A stretch of DNA of 64,000 nucleotides from Minisyncoccota bacterium (lineage in GTDB: Bacteria; Patescibacteriota; Minisyncoccia; Phycocordibacterales; Phycocordibacteraceae): positions 272,351 to 336,350 of the forward strand of contig DASWXP010000002.1 in the NCBI GenBank assembly GCA_036405415.1, read 5' to 3'. Position 1 is the first letter of the stretch, and each line of letters opens with the position of its first letter. Position numbers and translations under genes: made by a program. The notes under the pieces are model-generated. The model saw only the letters and a list, made by a program, of their open reading frames with translations, did no database searches and was not told the origin of the DNA. Positions 45,544 to 56,464 of this stretch are shown here, in pieces.

Positions 45544-46560
45544 CTAGCGCAAATATCGCTCGACATTTGCCCGATGCCCAGCATAGGTCGCTGCGCAATG
45601 TATCTCGCCTTCGTTGTCATGCAGATAGTAGAGGCAATCCGTATCCTCAGGATTCAGAGCCGCTTCGATCGATTCGAGCGATGGGTTCGCGATCGGGTGC
45701 GGCGGGAGCCCGCTATTCCTATACGTATTGAATGGCGAATCGAGGTCCTTGTCTTCCGGGCGCGGTACCGGCCACCAGTCCCCTTCCTGTCCGCGGATGT
45801 ACTGTAGCGATGCGTCCACCTGCAGCCGCATGCCGTCATTAATGCGGTTCCAGAGGATGCCTGAGACGAGGCGCTTGTCGTTCTTCGCGGCCTCGCGCTC
45901 GATCAAAGACGCCATGATAAGGGTCTCGGTCCAGGTCACGTTCTTCTCAACAGTCTGTGACGCGAGCGGCGCGAACACTTCGTTGAACCGATCGCGCAGG
46001 CGCGCCGCTACCTGTGCGGGATCCTGGTCCGATGGGATGAGATAGGTATCTCCGTAATAGACACCTTCGATGAGCTCCTGAGACGGCGCCGTGTCGATCT
46101 CTATGAAATGCCGCTTCTCCTCAGGGTCCCAGTTGAGCTTCTTCGCGAGATAGTCTGCTATCTGTTCCTTGCGCCACCCGGGCGGGAACGTGATCCACGC
46201 GAGGTATGGAGGACGGGACAGGAGTTCCGCAACCGTCCACGCGTCCATGGAAGCGCTCAGCATGTATCCTCCCTCGCGGATATCGCGCATGCCGCCTGAG
46301 CTCAGGTACGCGATGCGGAATGCCGTCATGCTCTTGATGTAGCCGAGTTCCTTCAGCTCTCTGGTCACGATGTCGAAGTCCGCGTCCGGCGGAACGATGA
46401 ACTCGGTCGCCGGCTGCGCGGTAGCGGAGACCGGACCGAAATACCGGGCGTACGCAAGCAGGGATCCTGCGAGCACGAGGACGAGCGCGATGCCGCCGAT
46501 GATAAGCTCGCGCCGCGTGAAGCGGCGCATGCGGACGGACTCGAAATACGGAACGATCAT
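45544..46560 (-). CDS. mltG: Endolytic murein transglycosylase MltG (YceG family)
   Basis: N-terminal TM, YceG-like domain and a C-terminal motif (GEIHCAATYAGH). Confidence 0.8.
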   Translation of the reverse strand: MIVPYFESVRMRRFTRRELIIGGIALVLVLAGSLLAYARYFGPVSATAQPATEFIVPPDADFDIVTRELKELGYIKSMTAFRIAYLSSGGMRDIREGGYMLSASMDAWTVAELLSRPPYLAWITFPPGWRKEQIADYLAKKLNWDPEEKRHFIEIDTAPSQELIEGVYYGDTYLIPSDQDPAQVAARLRDRFNEVFAPLASQTVEKNVTWTETLIMASLIEREAAKNDKRLVSGILWNRINDGMRLQVDASLQYIRGQEGDWWPVPRPEDKDLDSPFNTYRNSGLPPHPIANPSLESIEAALNPEDTDCLYYLHDNEGEIHCAATYAGHRANVERYLR

Positions 46561-46581
46561 GTATGCGGTATTGTACCAGCC

Positions 46582-48240
46582 CTATCCCACGTAGAGCGCT
46601 CGCGCGAGCTTCAGCTCGTCGAATGAGTACTTCCCCTTTAGGAACGCATGCACCGGCGTGAGCTTGCTTGCGCCGAGCGCATCGAACGCTTCGTGTATCT
46701 TCGGGAGCGCGCCGCGCAGCCTTCCGGGAAGCTGCTCTTCTAGACTCTCCGTATCAAGACGGCCCGCTTCGATGAGCTTGCCCACATGATCCGCGATGGT
46801 GCCGAGCGTAAGCGCGCGGGCTTTCGCGATATCCATCAGCGAGCGACCCTCCTCGAGGAGCGCGAGCGTCTCGTCATAGGTCGTACGCTTCTCGGGACGC
46901 TCTCCAGGAGCGGCGGCCTCGAGCGTTCCGCCCATTGCGGTTATGAAGTTGTGCTCGAGCGTTATCCGCTCTCCGGACACTTCGAGCGCTGTAAACGCGC
47001 GACGCGCCGCTTCTGATGCGTCCTTGAGCTCCTTATCAAACGCGGCGACGCGCGGGTGTATCGCAAGCGCGTTCTCGCTCCATCCGAGAAGATGTACGCC
47101 CGAGAGCGTGCGTACGCGCGAGAGCGCGACGTATCCTTGTCCGTATTCGAAGGCACGCGAGAGATCCATTGCTGCGGCATCAAGGCTCTGTCCCTGACTC
47201 TTATGCACCGTGATGGCCCACGCAAGCCGCAGCGGCACCTGGCTTATCTTTGCGCGTACCTTCCCGCCCTCCTCGACCGCCCAGTCCTGAGGCGCGATTG
47301 CGATCTCGCGCCCGTCCCGCGTCTCGATGATCGGATAGCCCGTACCGCGCTCGAATCCGATGACGGTGCCGAGCGTTCCGTTCGCGTAGCCGGCGACGGG
47401 ATTATTCTTCGTCGCCATGACGACCGCTCCTTCCTTGAGCACCAAGGATTCAGGCGAAAGGCAGCCGCGCTTCAGGGACTCGATGAGCACCTTCCCGCCC
47501 GCGCTTTCCATGACGAACGTGTGCGGCGACCCCGGAAGCTTGGCGAGCTCGGTCTGGTTTATCCGGTCCACGTCGGCGTTATGCGTAAACAGCTGCGGGA
47601 CGCCTTCAGCGAGCTCGTCGTACTCTGCTTCGCGCGCCGTTATGAGCGACACGTGCGTGTGGTCCCATTCACCCGCCCTAATCGCGCTCAAGACTGAGAG
47701 GAATGTCGTATCGTCCTGGCGATGCTGCTCCTCGAGATAGCAGACGACCGGGTTGAGTGCCTTCCATGCGGATGCGTCGAACGCGAACGACACTTCGCCG
47801 CGCGACACGGGCGGAAGCTGGAAGAAGTCGCCTACGAGCACCACCTGAAGCCCTCCGAACGCCCGGTCGCTATGCCGTACCGTGCGCAGCACCTCGTCTA
47901 CCATCGATAGCACGTTCCCTGAGAGCATCGATATCTCGTCGATGATAAGCACCTTCGCCTTCTGGAGGCGCTTGGCTACGTGCTCCTTGCTCGCTATCGC
48001 GTCGAGCAACTCTTCAGACATGCGCTCTGCGATGCCGATGCCGCTCCACGCGTGAAGCGTCATGCCGCCCACATGGGTCGCAGCGATACCGGTGGACGCG
48101 GTTATGGAGGGCTCAATGCCGCGCGCACGGAGCCACGCGACATATGTGTTCACGGTATGAGTCTTGCCGCTTCCGGGCTCTCCCGTAAGGAAGACGTTCG
48201 CGCCCGTCTGCAATATGGAAAGCGCGTCGGACTGCGTCAT
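46582..48240 (-). CDS. PIF1/RecD-like AAA ATPase DNA helicase with C-terminal helix-hairpin domain
   Basis: Walker A GEPGSGKTH, Walker B LIIDEISM, QLPPV and a helicase C-like region, 552 aa. Confidence 0.8.
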   Translation of the reverse strand: MTQSDALSILQTGANVFLTGEPGSGKTHTVNTYVAWLRARGIEPSITASTGIAATHVGGMTLHAWSGIGIAERMSEELLDAIASKEHVAKRLQKAKVLIIDEISMLSGNVLSMVDEVLRTVRHSDRAFGGLQVVLVGDFFQLPPVSRGEVSFAFDASAWKALNPVVCYLEEQHRQDDTTFLSVLSAIRAGEWDHTHVSLITAREAEYDELAEGVPQLFTHNADVDRINQTELAKLPGSPHTFVMESAGGKVLIESLKRGCLSPESLVLKEGAVVMATKNNPVAGYANGTLGTVIGFERGTGYPIIETRDGREIAIAPQDWAVEEGGKVRAKISQVPLRLAWAITVHKSQGQSLDAAAMDLSRAFEYGQGYVALSRVRTLSGVHLLGWSENALAIHPRVAAFDKELKDASEAARRAFTALEVSGERITLEHNFITAMGGTLEAAAPGERPEKRTTYDETLALLEEGRSLMDIAKARALTLGTIADHVGKLIEAGRLDTESLEEQLPGRLRGALPKIHEAFDALGASKLTPVHAFLKGKYSFDELKLARALYVG

Positions 48241-48244
48241 GCAG

Positions 48245-49081
48245 CTAGCGCGTCTCTACGCGGAATGAGAATCGGTACGCCGCGTCTTCGGTCGGCTGGC
48301 TCGCCATCGGATACGGCTCGACGCTCTCAAGCCATACGGTCGCGATCTCGCTCGTGACCGGCTCGCCGGAAAGCTCGATCGGCATGACGCTCTGTCCCAT
48401 CCCGTCCGCGATCCGAATCTCGACGCGTGCCGTTCCCTGCCACACGCACATCGCGTCCATCGGGCAGCGACTGTCCTCGATGACACGAACAGGGGTTATC
48501 GATACGCCTGAGAGCGTCTGCGTCTCGCCGAGCGCGAGAGTTGCGCGACCTTCAGAGACGACCGGCACCGGATCGCTCGTGCCTTCTGCGTACGCCGTGA
48601 TGCGGTACCCGTGCTCCGTGTTCGCAACCGTAAGGAATACCGGGATGCTTCCCGCGTCTCCGGTGCTTGCCATGAGCATGATTCGTCCTGAGACGTCGTA
48701 CGCCTCCGTGTCGTTCATGGTGACACGCTCGACTTCTATATGGTCAGGCCACGGGCTCGATGTCTCGCGCCCTGGCGCCAGGCTGGGATCTGCAACCCAT
48801 GCGGCCAAGAGTTCCTCTGAGACGTACGGCCCGTATGCGGCGCGTATCTGCTCCTGGGCGTCCGGCGACAAAAGGGACACTGCGCTCAGCTGATTCCCGA
48901 ATGCCGCGACGGTGGAGCGAACATCGCCCTCATGCTGTCCGTCGATGATTCCTGTCGGGTGCGAGGCTGTATAGGACCAAATGAGCCCTCCAAGGACGAG
49001 CATGGCACCGACGACCCAGAGATACATGAAAGAATGGTGCGAGGAGACGTGCTTATGGAAGTTCTTCATACCCGTAAGCAT
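48245..49081 (-). CDS. Hypothetical secreted/membrane-anchored protein (278 aa)
   Basis: N-terminal TM anchor then a soluble domain. Its stop is 4 nt from the helicase start, suggesting an operon. Confidence 0.5.
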   Translation of the reverse strand: MLTGMKNFHKHVSSHHSFMYLWVVGAMLVLGGLIWSYTASHPTGIIDGQHEGDVRSTVAAFGNQLSAVSLLSPDAQEQIRAAYGPYVSEELLAAWVADPSLAPGRETSSPWPDHIEVERVTMNDTEAYDVSGRIMLMASTGDAGSIPVFLTVANTEHGYRITAYAEGTSDPVPVVSEGRATLALGETQTLSGVSITPVRVIEDSRCPMDAMCVWQGTARVEIRIADGMGQSVMPIELSGEPVTSEIATVWLESVEPYPMASQPTEDAAYRFSFRVETR

Positions 49082-49150
49082 AGCATTCCTTAAGGCTCGT
49101 TTGACCGCAGATTATTGACATGGCGTAGTTTGTGTTATAATCTTGTACCT

Positions 49151-50698
49151 ATGAATATCGATGCACTTATAAAGCGTCTCCGGGCGCTCGCTTCCCTCGT
49201 TTCCATACGTTCAAAGACGCTCTGGCGCCGGTACCGCGGCCTCAAGCGCTGGCAGCAGATCGTGATCGCTGTGGTGCTCGCGACGCTTTTGATCGGCGGT
49301 ATCGCGCTTGCCCGCAGCGGCGCAAAGCCTGAGACCCTCCCGGACGGGCGCGTCGTGTCGCTCGCTACCGTCGGCGAACTCTCCGGTACCGGAGGCTCGG
49401 TCGACCTCATCGGCTCCGTGCGCTCGATTACCGAAGCGAACATCCTCGCGAAGAACGGCGGCACCGTGACGAACGTGCGCACCCGCATCGGTGCAGGCGT
49501 TCCGGCCGGATTCGTGATCGCAGAGCTCGAGAACGCTGCTGAGCGCGCGGCGGTACTTCAGGCGGAAGGCGCGTATGATGCGGCCGTAGCGGCGCGCAGC
49601 GCACAGTCTCTTCCGGACACGCAGGCATCCGCTCGCGACGAGTACCGCGACGCGTACACGACGCTTGATACGATCGTCGAGAACGACATCGATACCTTCT
49701 TCGGTGGCCCTACGGCCGTAGGTCCTGACCTTCTCATCTACCCGAACGCGAACACCGCGACGCGCCTTTCGCGCGAGCGCGCACGCATCGACTCGCTCAT
49801 GCGCTCGTTCGAGGCGAACCTCGCGACCGCCAACTCACGCAGCCCGCAGGCGCTCCTTGACGAGGCTGAGTCCGTCGCGCGCCAGGTCCAGGCCTTCACC
49901 AACGAGCTCGCAGCCGCAGCCAACGAGCGCGACTCGCGCGCTACCGCAGCTCAGCTGAGCGCGCTCGCATCCGCGCGCACCGGCGTGAACGGCGTGCTCT
50001 CAAGCATCGCGAGCGCGCGTGCAGGCCTTCGAAGCGGCACCGTATCCGCGACCGCAAGCGCCGACGCGAGCGTGAAGCAGGCACTCGGCTCCCTGCGCGC
50101 AGCACAAGCGGCGCTCGAGCGCACCGTAGTGCGCGCACCGATCGGCGGCACCGTGAACTTCCTCCCTATCCGCGTCGGCGACTACGTCACTCCGATGCAG
50201 CACGTAGCGACCGTAGCCCAGAACGGCGCGCTCGAGATCGTCGCGTACGTGTCTGAGGACAACCGCGACCTCCTGGTTGCAGGCGGACAGGTCATGATCG
50301 ACGGCGCCTACGAGGGCATCGTCACGTCCGTTGCTCCTGCGCTCGATCCGACCACCAAGCAGATCGAGGTGCGCATCGCGGTAACAAGCGAGACCGAGCT
50401 CGTAAGCGGCCAGTCCGTGCACATCGCGCTCCCGGATCTCGCACCAACCGAAGCTGCTGCGCCTGAGGGTCCAGTGCTTCTTCCACTTGCGGCCGTGAAG
50501 CTCCGTGCCGGAGACCGCATCGTGTTCTCCGTAGGAGAGGACAGCCGCCTCGTCGCGCATCAGGTCGAGGTCGGCGAAGTGCGCGGCGATCGCATTGAGA
50601 TACGTACGGACCTTCCGAAGGACCTGCGCATCGTCGAGGACGCGCGCGGACTCTCCGAGGGCGAAGCGGTGCGTATCGAGTCTGAGACCGGCATCTAA
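49151..50698 (+). CDS. RND efflux periplasmic adaptor (HlyD/membrane fusion protein family)
   Basis: TM anchor, long coiled-coil and a C-terminal beta-barrel (RTVVRAPIGGTVNFLPIRVGDYV). Promoter TTGACA..TGTTATAAT with the ATG 9 nt downstream. Confidence 0.8.
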   Translation: MNIDALIKRLRALASLVSIRSKTLWRRYRGLKRWQQIVIAVVLATLLIGGIALARSGAKPETLPDGRVVSLATVGELSGTGGSVDLIGSVRSITEANILAKNGGTVTNVRTRIGAGVPAGFVIAELENAAERAAVLQAEGAYDAAVAARSAQSLPDTQASARDEYRDAYTTLDTIVENDIDTFFGGPTAVGPDLLIYPNANTATRLSRERARIDSLMRSFEANLATANSRSPQALLDEAESVARQVQAFTNELAAAANERDSRATAAQLSALASARTGVNGVLSSIASARAGLRSGTVSATASADASVKQALGSLRAAQAALERTVVRAPIGGTVNFLPIRVGDYVTPMQHVATVAQNGALEIVAYVSEDNRDLLVAGGQVMIDGAYEGIVTSVAPALDPTTKQIEVRIAVTSETELVSGQSVHIALPDLAPTEAAAPEGPVLLPLAAVKLRAGDRIVFSVGEDSRLVAHQVEVGEVRGDRIEIRTDLPKDLRIVEDARGLSEGEAVRIESETGI

Positions 50699-50703
50699 TC
50701 CCT

Positions 50704-53700
50704 ATGACGAAGTTCTGGACGTTCTTCCTCGCGAAGCACCATTTCACGATCCTCCTTGCGGTCGTGCTCATATTCGGCGGGTTCTATGCCGTGCTCGCGA
50801 TCCCGAAGGAATCATCGCCTGAAGTGCAGATCCCGATGGGTGTCGTCACGACCGTGCTTCCGGGCGCGTCAGCAGAGGATATCGAGACCCTCATCACGAA
50901 CAAGGTGGAAGACCGCGTCCTCGGCATCGAGGGCGTCTCGAAGGTCACGTCGTCTTCCGGAGACGGCGTCTCCTCGGTCACGGTTGAGTTCAACGCGAAC
51001 GCGGATATCGATAAGTCCATCCAGCTCCTTAAGGACGAAGTGGACACGGTGCGCCCGGAGCTTCCTGAGGAAGCGAATGACCCGGTGGTGTCTGACGTGA
51101 ACTTCGCGGACCAGCCGATCCTCATCATCTCTATCGCGGGCGAGCTCGCTCCTGCTGAGCTTACCGAACTCGGTGAGACCGTAGCGGATGAGATCGAGCG
51201 CGTACGCGGCGTATCCTCCGTCTCGGTGTCGGGCGTCCGTGAGCGCCAGGTACAGGTAATCGTCGAGCAGGCGAAGCTCCGCCAGTACGGTATCTCGATC
51301 AGCGACGTCACGAATGCGCTGCGCGCTTCGGGCGTCGCTGCTCCTGCAGGCGCCATCACCGTGGACGGCGTCCGGTACTCCGTGCGCCTTGAAGCGGGCC
51401 TTACGGACACCGCGCAGGTAGGCGCGATCGCGCTCGCAGGCCCGGGCGGCACCCCGATCCGCATCGCGGATGTCGCTACGGTCGTGGACGGGCTCGCCGA
51501 TCCTGCGACCTATTCGCGCGTATCAGTCGACGGAGCGCCGAGCGCCCCTGCGCTTACCCTTTCCGTATTCAAGAGCCGCGGCGGCAACATCCTTGAGACC
51601 GGCAGCGATGTTAAGAAGCTGCTCGAGGAGCTCGAGTCCGGACCGCTCTCGGGAACCGAGACCGTCATCACCTACGACGCTGCAGACGATATCGCGCACG
51701 ACCTAGCAGAGCTCTCGAAGGTCGGCCTTGAGACCGTGGTGCTCGTCATGATCATGCTCTTCCTCACGCTCGGCTGGAGGGAGTCCTTGGTTGCGGCCGC
51801 TTCGATCCCGCTCTCGTTCCTCATCGCGTTCATCGGCCTTGCCGCAAGCGGCAACACCATCAACTTCATCTCGCTTTTCTCGCTCATCCTCGCGATCGGC
51901 ATCCTCGTGGACTCCGGCATCGTGGTGGTCGAGGCCATGCACACCCGCCTAATGCAGACGGGCGACAAGTACAAGGCGGCCGTGGCTGCGATCAAGGAGT
52001 ACGCGTGGCCGCTCATCGCCGGCACCATGACCACGGTCGCGGTGTTCGTACCGCTCTTCTTCCTCTCGGGCATCGTAGGCAAGTTCATCGCTTCGATCCC
52101 GTTCACGGTCATCTTCGTGCTCATCGCCTCGATCTTCGTAGCGCTCGGCCTCGTGCCGCTCTTGGCGCTCTACGTGATCAAGAAGGAGCCGTCCGCGCTC
52201 GAGAAGCGCCAGGAGGAATATAACGAGCGCGCGAAGGCGTGGTACGAGAAATACCTGCGCTCGATGCTCGGCAATCGCCAGAAGGAGAACAAGTTCCTCT
52301 GGACCATGGCCGGCCTCTTCGTGCTCTCGCTCCTGCTTCCTATCACGGGCCTCGTGAAGGTCGTGTTCTTCCCTGCCGAAGACATGGAATTCGTCACGAT
52401 CGCGATCGAAAAGCCGCAGGGCACCGCCCTTGCGGACACCGATCTGGCGGTCCGCGAGGTGGAAGAGCTTCTATACGAGGATTCCCGCGTCGAGTCCTTC
52501 GTTTCCGATGTCGGCACCGCGAGCTTCTTCAGCAGCACGGGCGGCGCAGGCTCGCATATCGCGAACATAACCGTGAACCTTGCTGAGGACCGGAAGCAGA
52601 CCAGCGGCGAGATCGTGACGGATCTGCGCAAGACGCTTTCGTCCGTGACGTCTGCACGTATCATCGTCTCTGAGCCTGCGGGAGGCCCGCCTACCGGCGC
52701 CGCTATCTCCGTTACCTTCGTCGGCGACGACCTCGCGGCGCTCGGCACGGCAGTCGACCAGGGCGCGCGCGCTCTCTCAGAGGTTCCCGGAACTACCAAC
52801 GTGGACACGTCCATGAAGGATGACGGCGCTGAGTTCGTGGTGCGCCTCGATTCCGCGAAGGCGGCTGAGCTCGGCGTATCTCCGCTCGCGGTCGCAGACA
52901 CGCTCCGCAGCGCCCTCTTCGGCACGGATGCGACCGATATCCGCGCAGGCGGAAATGATATCGAGGTACGCACGAAGCTCGACCTCAACCCTGGCTTCCG
53001 CGATCCGTCCGAGACTACGGACGCGACCATTGACGCGGTCCGCAGCCTCACGGTCCCAGGAGCGCGCGGTCCGGTTCCGCTCTCGTCGGTCGCGACCATC
53101 GCGTACGAACCTGCGAACGCGGTTATCCGCCACGAGGACGGCACGCGCATCGCGACTCTCACCGCAGACGCCGCAGCAGGCGGCAACCCGCTCCAGATCG
53201 CTTCCACCTTCACTGAGAAGATGCAGGATGTGGAGCTTCCTGAAGGGGTCGAAATGAAGATCGGCGGCGAGAGTGAGGACGTCAACCAGTCATTCGCTGA
53301 GATGGGCCTCGCGCTCCTTGCCGGCGCGGCGCTTATGCTCGCGATCCTCGTGCTCGAATTCAACTCGTTCCGCCATTCGCTCTACCTGCTTCTTATCATC
53401 CCGCTTTCCTTGGTGGGCGTGCTCGCCGGGCTCTTCATCACGAACTCAGCGCTTTCCTTCCCCTCGATGCTCGGCATCATCGCGCTCGCGGGTGTGATTA
53501 TCAATCACGCGATCATCCTCATGGACTCGATCGCGCGAATCGGAAACGAGCGCACGGACGCGTCCCTCACAGACGTGGTGGTCGAGGCAGCATCGACGCG
53601 CTTCCGCCCGATCATCCTTACGACCGTAGTCACGGTGGTGGGCATGGTCCCGCTCTCCTACGCGTCAGGCATCTGGGGACCGCTCGCGTTCTCCATCATG

Positions 53701-53799
53701 TTCGGCCTTGCATGGTCCATGATCCTCACGCTCGTCCTCATCCCGATCCTGTACCATCGCTGGCCAGGAAAGGAGGTGCGCGCCAAGTTCACGAAATAG
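50704..53799 (+). CDS. RND superfamily efflux permease (AcrB/MMPL-like, 12 TM, two large periplasmic loops)
   Basis: 1031 aa with AcrB topology and conserved TM4/TM10 regions. Starts 5 nt after the adaptor gene. Confidence 0.9.
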   Translation: MTKFWTFFLAKHHFTILLAVVLIFGGFYAVLAIPKESSPEVQIPMGVVTTVLPGASAEDIETLITNKVEDRVLGIEGVSKVTSSSGDGVSSVTVEFNANADIDKSIQLLKDEVDTVRPELPEEANDPVVSDVNFADQPILIISIAGELAPAELTELGETVADEIERVRGVSSVSVSGVRERQVQVIVEQAKLRQYGISISDVTNALRASGVAAPAGAITVDGVRYSVRLEAGLTDTAQVGAIALAGPGGTPIRIADVATVVDGLADPATYSRVSVDGAPSAPALTLSVFKSRGGNILETGSDVKKLLEELESGPLSGTETVITYDAADDIAHDLAELSKVGLETVVLVMIMLFLTLGWRESLVAAASIPLSFLIAFIGLAASGNTINFISLFSLILAIGILVDSGIVVVEAMHTRLMQTGDKYKAAVAAIKEYAWPLIAGTMTTVAVFVPLFFLSGIVGKFIASIPFTVIFVLIASIFVALGLVPLLALYVIKKEPSALEKRQEEYNERAKAWYEKYLRSMLGNRQKENKFLWTMAGLFVLSLLLPITGLVKVVFFPAEDMEFVTIAIEKPQGTALADTDLAVREVEELLYEDSRVESFVSDVGTASFFSSTGGAGSHIANITVNLAEDRKQTSGEIVTDLRKTLSSVTSARIIVSEPAGGPPTGAAISVTFVGDDLAALGTAVDQGARALSEVPGTTNVDTSMKDDGAEFVVRLDSAKAAELGVSPLAVADTLRSALFGTDATDIRAGGNDIEVRTKLDLNPGFRDPSETTDATIDAVRSLTVPGARGPVPLSSVATIAYEPANAVIRHEDGTRIATLTADAAAGGNPLQIASTFTEKMQDVELPEGVEMKIGGESEDVNQSFAEMGLALLAGAALMLAILVLEFNSFRHSLYLLLIIPLSLVGVLAGLFITNSALSFPSMLGIIALAGVIINHAIILMDSIARIGNERTDASLTDVVVEAASTRFRPIILTTVVTVVGMVPLSYASGIWGPLAFSIMFGLAWSMILTLVLIPILYHRWPGKEVRAKFTK

Positions 53800-53800
53800 C

Positions 53801-53828
53801 AAAAGGCCCGCATCGCGCGGGCCTTTTG
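53801..53828. terminator. Bidirectional hairpin AAAAGGCCCGC-ATCG-CGCGGGCCTTTT
   Basis: Perfect stem immediately after the RND permease stop. Confidence 0.6.
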
Positions 53829-53843
53829 CTACCTGAAGCTCTC

Positions 53844-54544
53844 TTAGGTGCGAGCTTCTGCGCTTCCCTGCGCGTACAGGGACGAACGGAGACGCTCGAC
53901 GATGAGCGCCATGCGGCGCGAATCGTTCATCGGGACGGTCTGCACGTTCGCTCCCGAACCGATCTCGATGTCCTCAGAGAGGTCGTCCGCAATCACGTCG
54001 AGGTCATGATTCAGGCGCGCCTCAAGGTCCGCGCGGCTCTCAGCCTTTGCCATGAGGAACGCGTACCACGGATAGGACACGCGCACCTCGCCCTCAGGAG
54101 ACACTTCCGCGCGTATGGTGATGCTGCCCGGGATGAAGCCGAGGAACTTCGCCTCCGCCTTGTAGCGGATCATGAGCTCGCCGTCGGCTAGCTCGATCTC
54201 CTCTACGCGGTCATCGCGCTCGACGAGCGAACCGACGTACGCTTCGAGGCTCGCCGGCGTCATGACGTCTTCAGCGCGGGTTACGGAGTATACGGTGCCT
54301 TCCTTGAGGTCGTTGCGGTCTATGGAGAATTCGGCCATCGTTGCGCTTCCCGCCTCGGTCGACGTGCCGGCATCGCTCGAAAGACTTGTCTCGGTATCGG
54401 CCATTACATCAGCATCCATCATGGAACTGGTGGCGGAGACGTCGATGCCGGTTCCGACATCGAGGTTTACGCCCTGGGCGTGCACGGCACCAGCAGCACT
54501 GAATCCGAACGCTGCTAAGAGCACGAGAGTACTGAATTTTGTCA
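53844..54544 (-). CDS. Hypothetical secreted protein (signal peptide, Ser/Asp-rich region)
   Basis: MTKFSTLVLLAAFGFSAAGAVHAQG signal peptide. The ORF-track N-extension is discarded. Confidence 0.5.
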
Positions 54545-54680
54545 TGATTTCTAGGAAGTTAAGGCGGCCGCTATGCCCGCCGCTACGGAAGAACCTTCTC
54601 ATGGTACCGATTAAGGCCTCATGAAGAAAATTCCCCACATGGAAATCCGGGGATAGAGGCCTGGTGGTACACTTTCAACC

Positions 54681-55058
54681 ATGAGTACGCCCAAGAAAGT
54701 CCTTATCGTAGAGGACGACACGCTCCTTCTCGTCACGCTCACGCATCAGTTCGAAGACGCAGGATACACGGTGCTTTCCGCAAAGAACGGCGAGGACGGG
54801 GTCTCGACCTACCTCTCTGAGAAGCCCGATGCGGTGGTCATGGACGTGATGATGCCGCGTAAGGACGGCGTGGAGATGCTCGAAGAGATCCGGGAGAAGG
54901 CTCCTGACCACAAGGCTCCGATCATCGTGCTCAGCAATGCAAACGATATGGAGTACGTCGCGCGTGCAATGAGCCAGGGAGCGGTAGCCTATCTGCTCAA
55001 GTCGGACCGCCAGATCGACAGCGTCGTGAAGCTCGTCGACGAGCGCCTACGCGCATAG
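54681..55058 (+). CDS. Single-domain response regulator (CheY-like receiver)
   Basis: The translation has the receiver motifs (VLIVEDD acidic pocket, phospho-acceptor Asp in VVMDVMMP) and a conserved Lys. The ATG is 7 nt after TGGTACACT. Confidence 0.85.
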   Translation: MSTPKKVLIVEDDTLLLVTLTHQFEDAGYTVLSAKNGEDGVSTYLSEKPDAVVMDVMMPRKDGVEMLEEIREKAPDHKAPIIVLSNANDMEYVARAMSQGAVAYLLKSDRQIDSVVKLVDERLRA

Positions 55059-56405
55059 TGGCAGCGATAGCGTGAACGTAGAACCCTCTCCCTCGACGGA
55101 AGAGACGGTTACGGCGCCTCCATGCAGCACCGCTGCTTTCTTCACCAGATAGAGTCCGAGCCCGGTACCGTATTCTCCCGAGCGAATCGCTTCCTTGGTG
55201 CGATGGTACCCTGCGAATATCTTCTCCTGGTCCTCCGGAGCTATCCCCTTTCCTTGATCGGTTACTGAAAGCTGGTGCATGCCTGCCGCTCTCTTGTAGC
55301 TGATTCTGACCGCGCTTCCCTCGCGCGTGTACTTCACCGCGTTCGTGAGGAGATTGAAGAGCGCATGATGGAGCATCTGGCGGTCTGCACTCAGGGTGCC
55401 TGCATCTGCGAACAAAGGATCCACGTCGATCGATACGTGCCGCTCTTGTGCAGAAAGCGCGAGACTGTCGGCGATGTCTTCCACGAAGTCGCGCAGGTCG
55501 ATCTCCTCAGGACGCAGCCTTGCGGTAGTGCCACCCTCCAGCGCGGTCAGGTCGAGGAGATTGTTCACGCGCCCGATGAGTCCGAGGCAGCTCTCATGCA
55601 CGAGAGCGAGCACGGTCCTAGTCTTCGGATTAAGAGGCGGGTTCTGTCGCTTCAGCAGCCCTTCGATCGCCCAGCGGATGCCGGTAAGCGGCGTGCGAAT
55701 CTCATGCGAGGCGATCGAGAGGAATTCCGATTTCTGCTCAAGGTACGCGGTCTCGCGCCTGCGGGTACGCTCCGTAGCGATGATAACGAGCACGAGAAGG
55801 AGCGAGACGAGCACCGGGAGCGACGCATAGGCTATCGCGTCGCCGAGATACCGGTTTGCCGGAAGGTCCATGCCGAGCATGGCGACCACCGTCCCCGCCT
55901 CGTCTATAACCGGCGCGTATCCTGAGATCCAGAGCCCCCAGCGGTCCTGGTCAGGCCCTTCCGTGCGGCGCCTGCCATCTTCAAAGAGCGCCTGCATCGC
56001 CGGGGTCGCCTCGTAGTAGACCTGGCCAGGCGGCGAGTAGTCAGCGGACTCTGCCGGCTCTGAGTCCGCGTAAAAGAAGAGATTTCCCTCTGCATTCTTT
56101 CCGATCACATATAGGAATCGTGCATCCCCGTTAACCGACCGCATCTTCGTAAGGAAGAGCTTGAGCGACTCGTACGGCGGCGTGCCGAGGTCATTCTCGG
56201 TTCCCGAGAGTTCTTGCAGCTCTTCCTGCGGCACCGCTACGGCTATGGTGGCGACACGCTCGAGGATATGCTCGCGTCCGGCGCGGTCTACCTGAGAGAA
56301 GACATAGAAGGCTGACACCGCGCCGATGAGCAGCACGAGCACTGCAAGGAGTATGGGTGCCAGACGCATGCGTCCGAATCTCTTGTTAGCCTCTGGGGTG
56401 AACAT
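55047..56405 (-). CDS. Sensor histidine kinase (2 TM, periplasmic domain, HisKA + HATPase_c)
   Basis: H-box SHEIRTPL plus N, G1 and G2 boxes. The real start MFTPEANKRFGRMRL is at 56405. Confidence 0.85.
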   Translation of the reverse strand: MFTPEANKRFGRMRLAPILLAVLVLLIGAVSAFYVFSQVDRAGREHILERVATIAVAVPQEELQELSGTENDLGTPPYESLKLFLTKMRSVNGDARFLYVIGKNAEGNLFFYADSEPAESADYSPPGQVYYEATPAMQALFEDGRRRTEGPDQDRWGLWISGYAPVIDEAGTVVAMLGMDLPANRYLGDAIAYASLPVLVSLLLVLVIIATERTRRRETAYLEQKSEFLSIASHEIRTPLTGIRWAIEGLLKRQNPPLNPKTRTVLALVHESCLGLIGRVNNLLDLTALEGGTTARLRPEEIDLRDFVEDIADSLALSAQERHVSIDVDPLFADAGTLSADRQMLHHALFNLLTNAVKYTREGSAVRISYKRAAGMHQLSVTDQGKGIAPEDQEKIFAGYHRTKEAIRSGEYGTGLGLYLVKKAAVLHGGAVTVSSVEGEGSTFTLSLPLCA

Positions 56406-56464
56406 GGTCTCAGTATAGTACGAGCGCGGAACCTTCGTTCCGCGCTCGTAGAGGAAAGCGGTCC

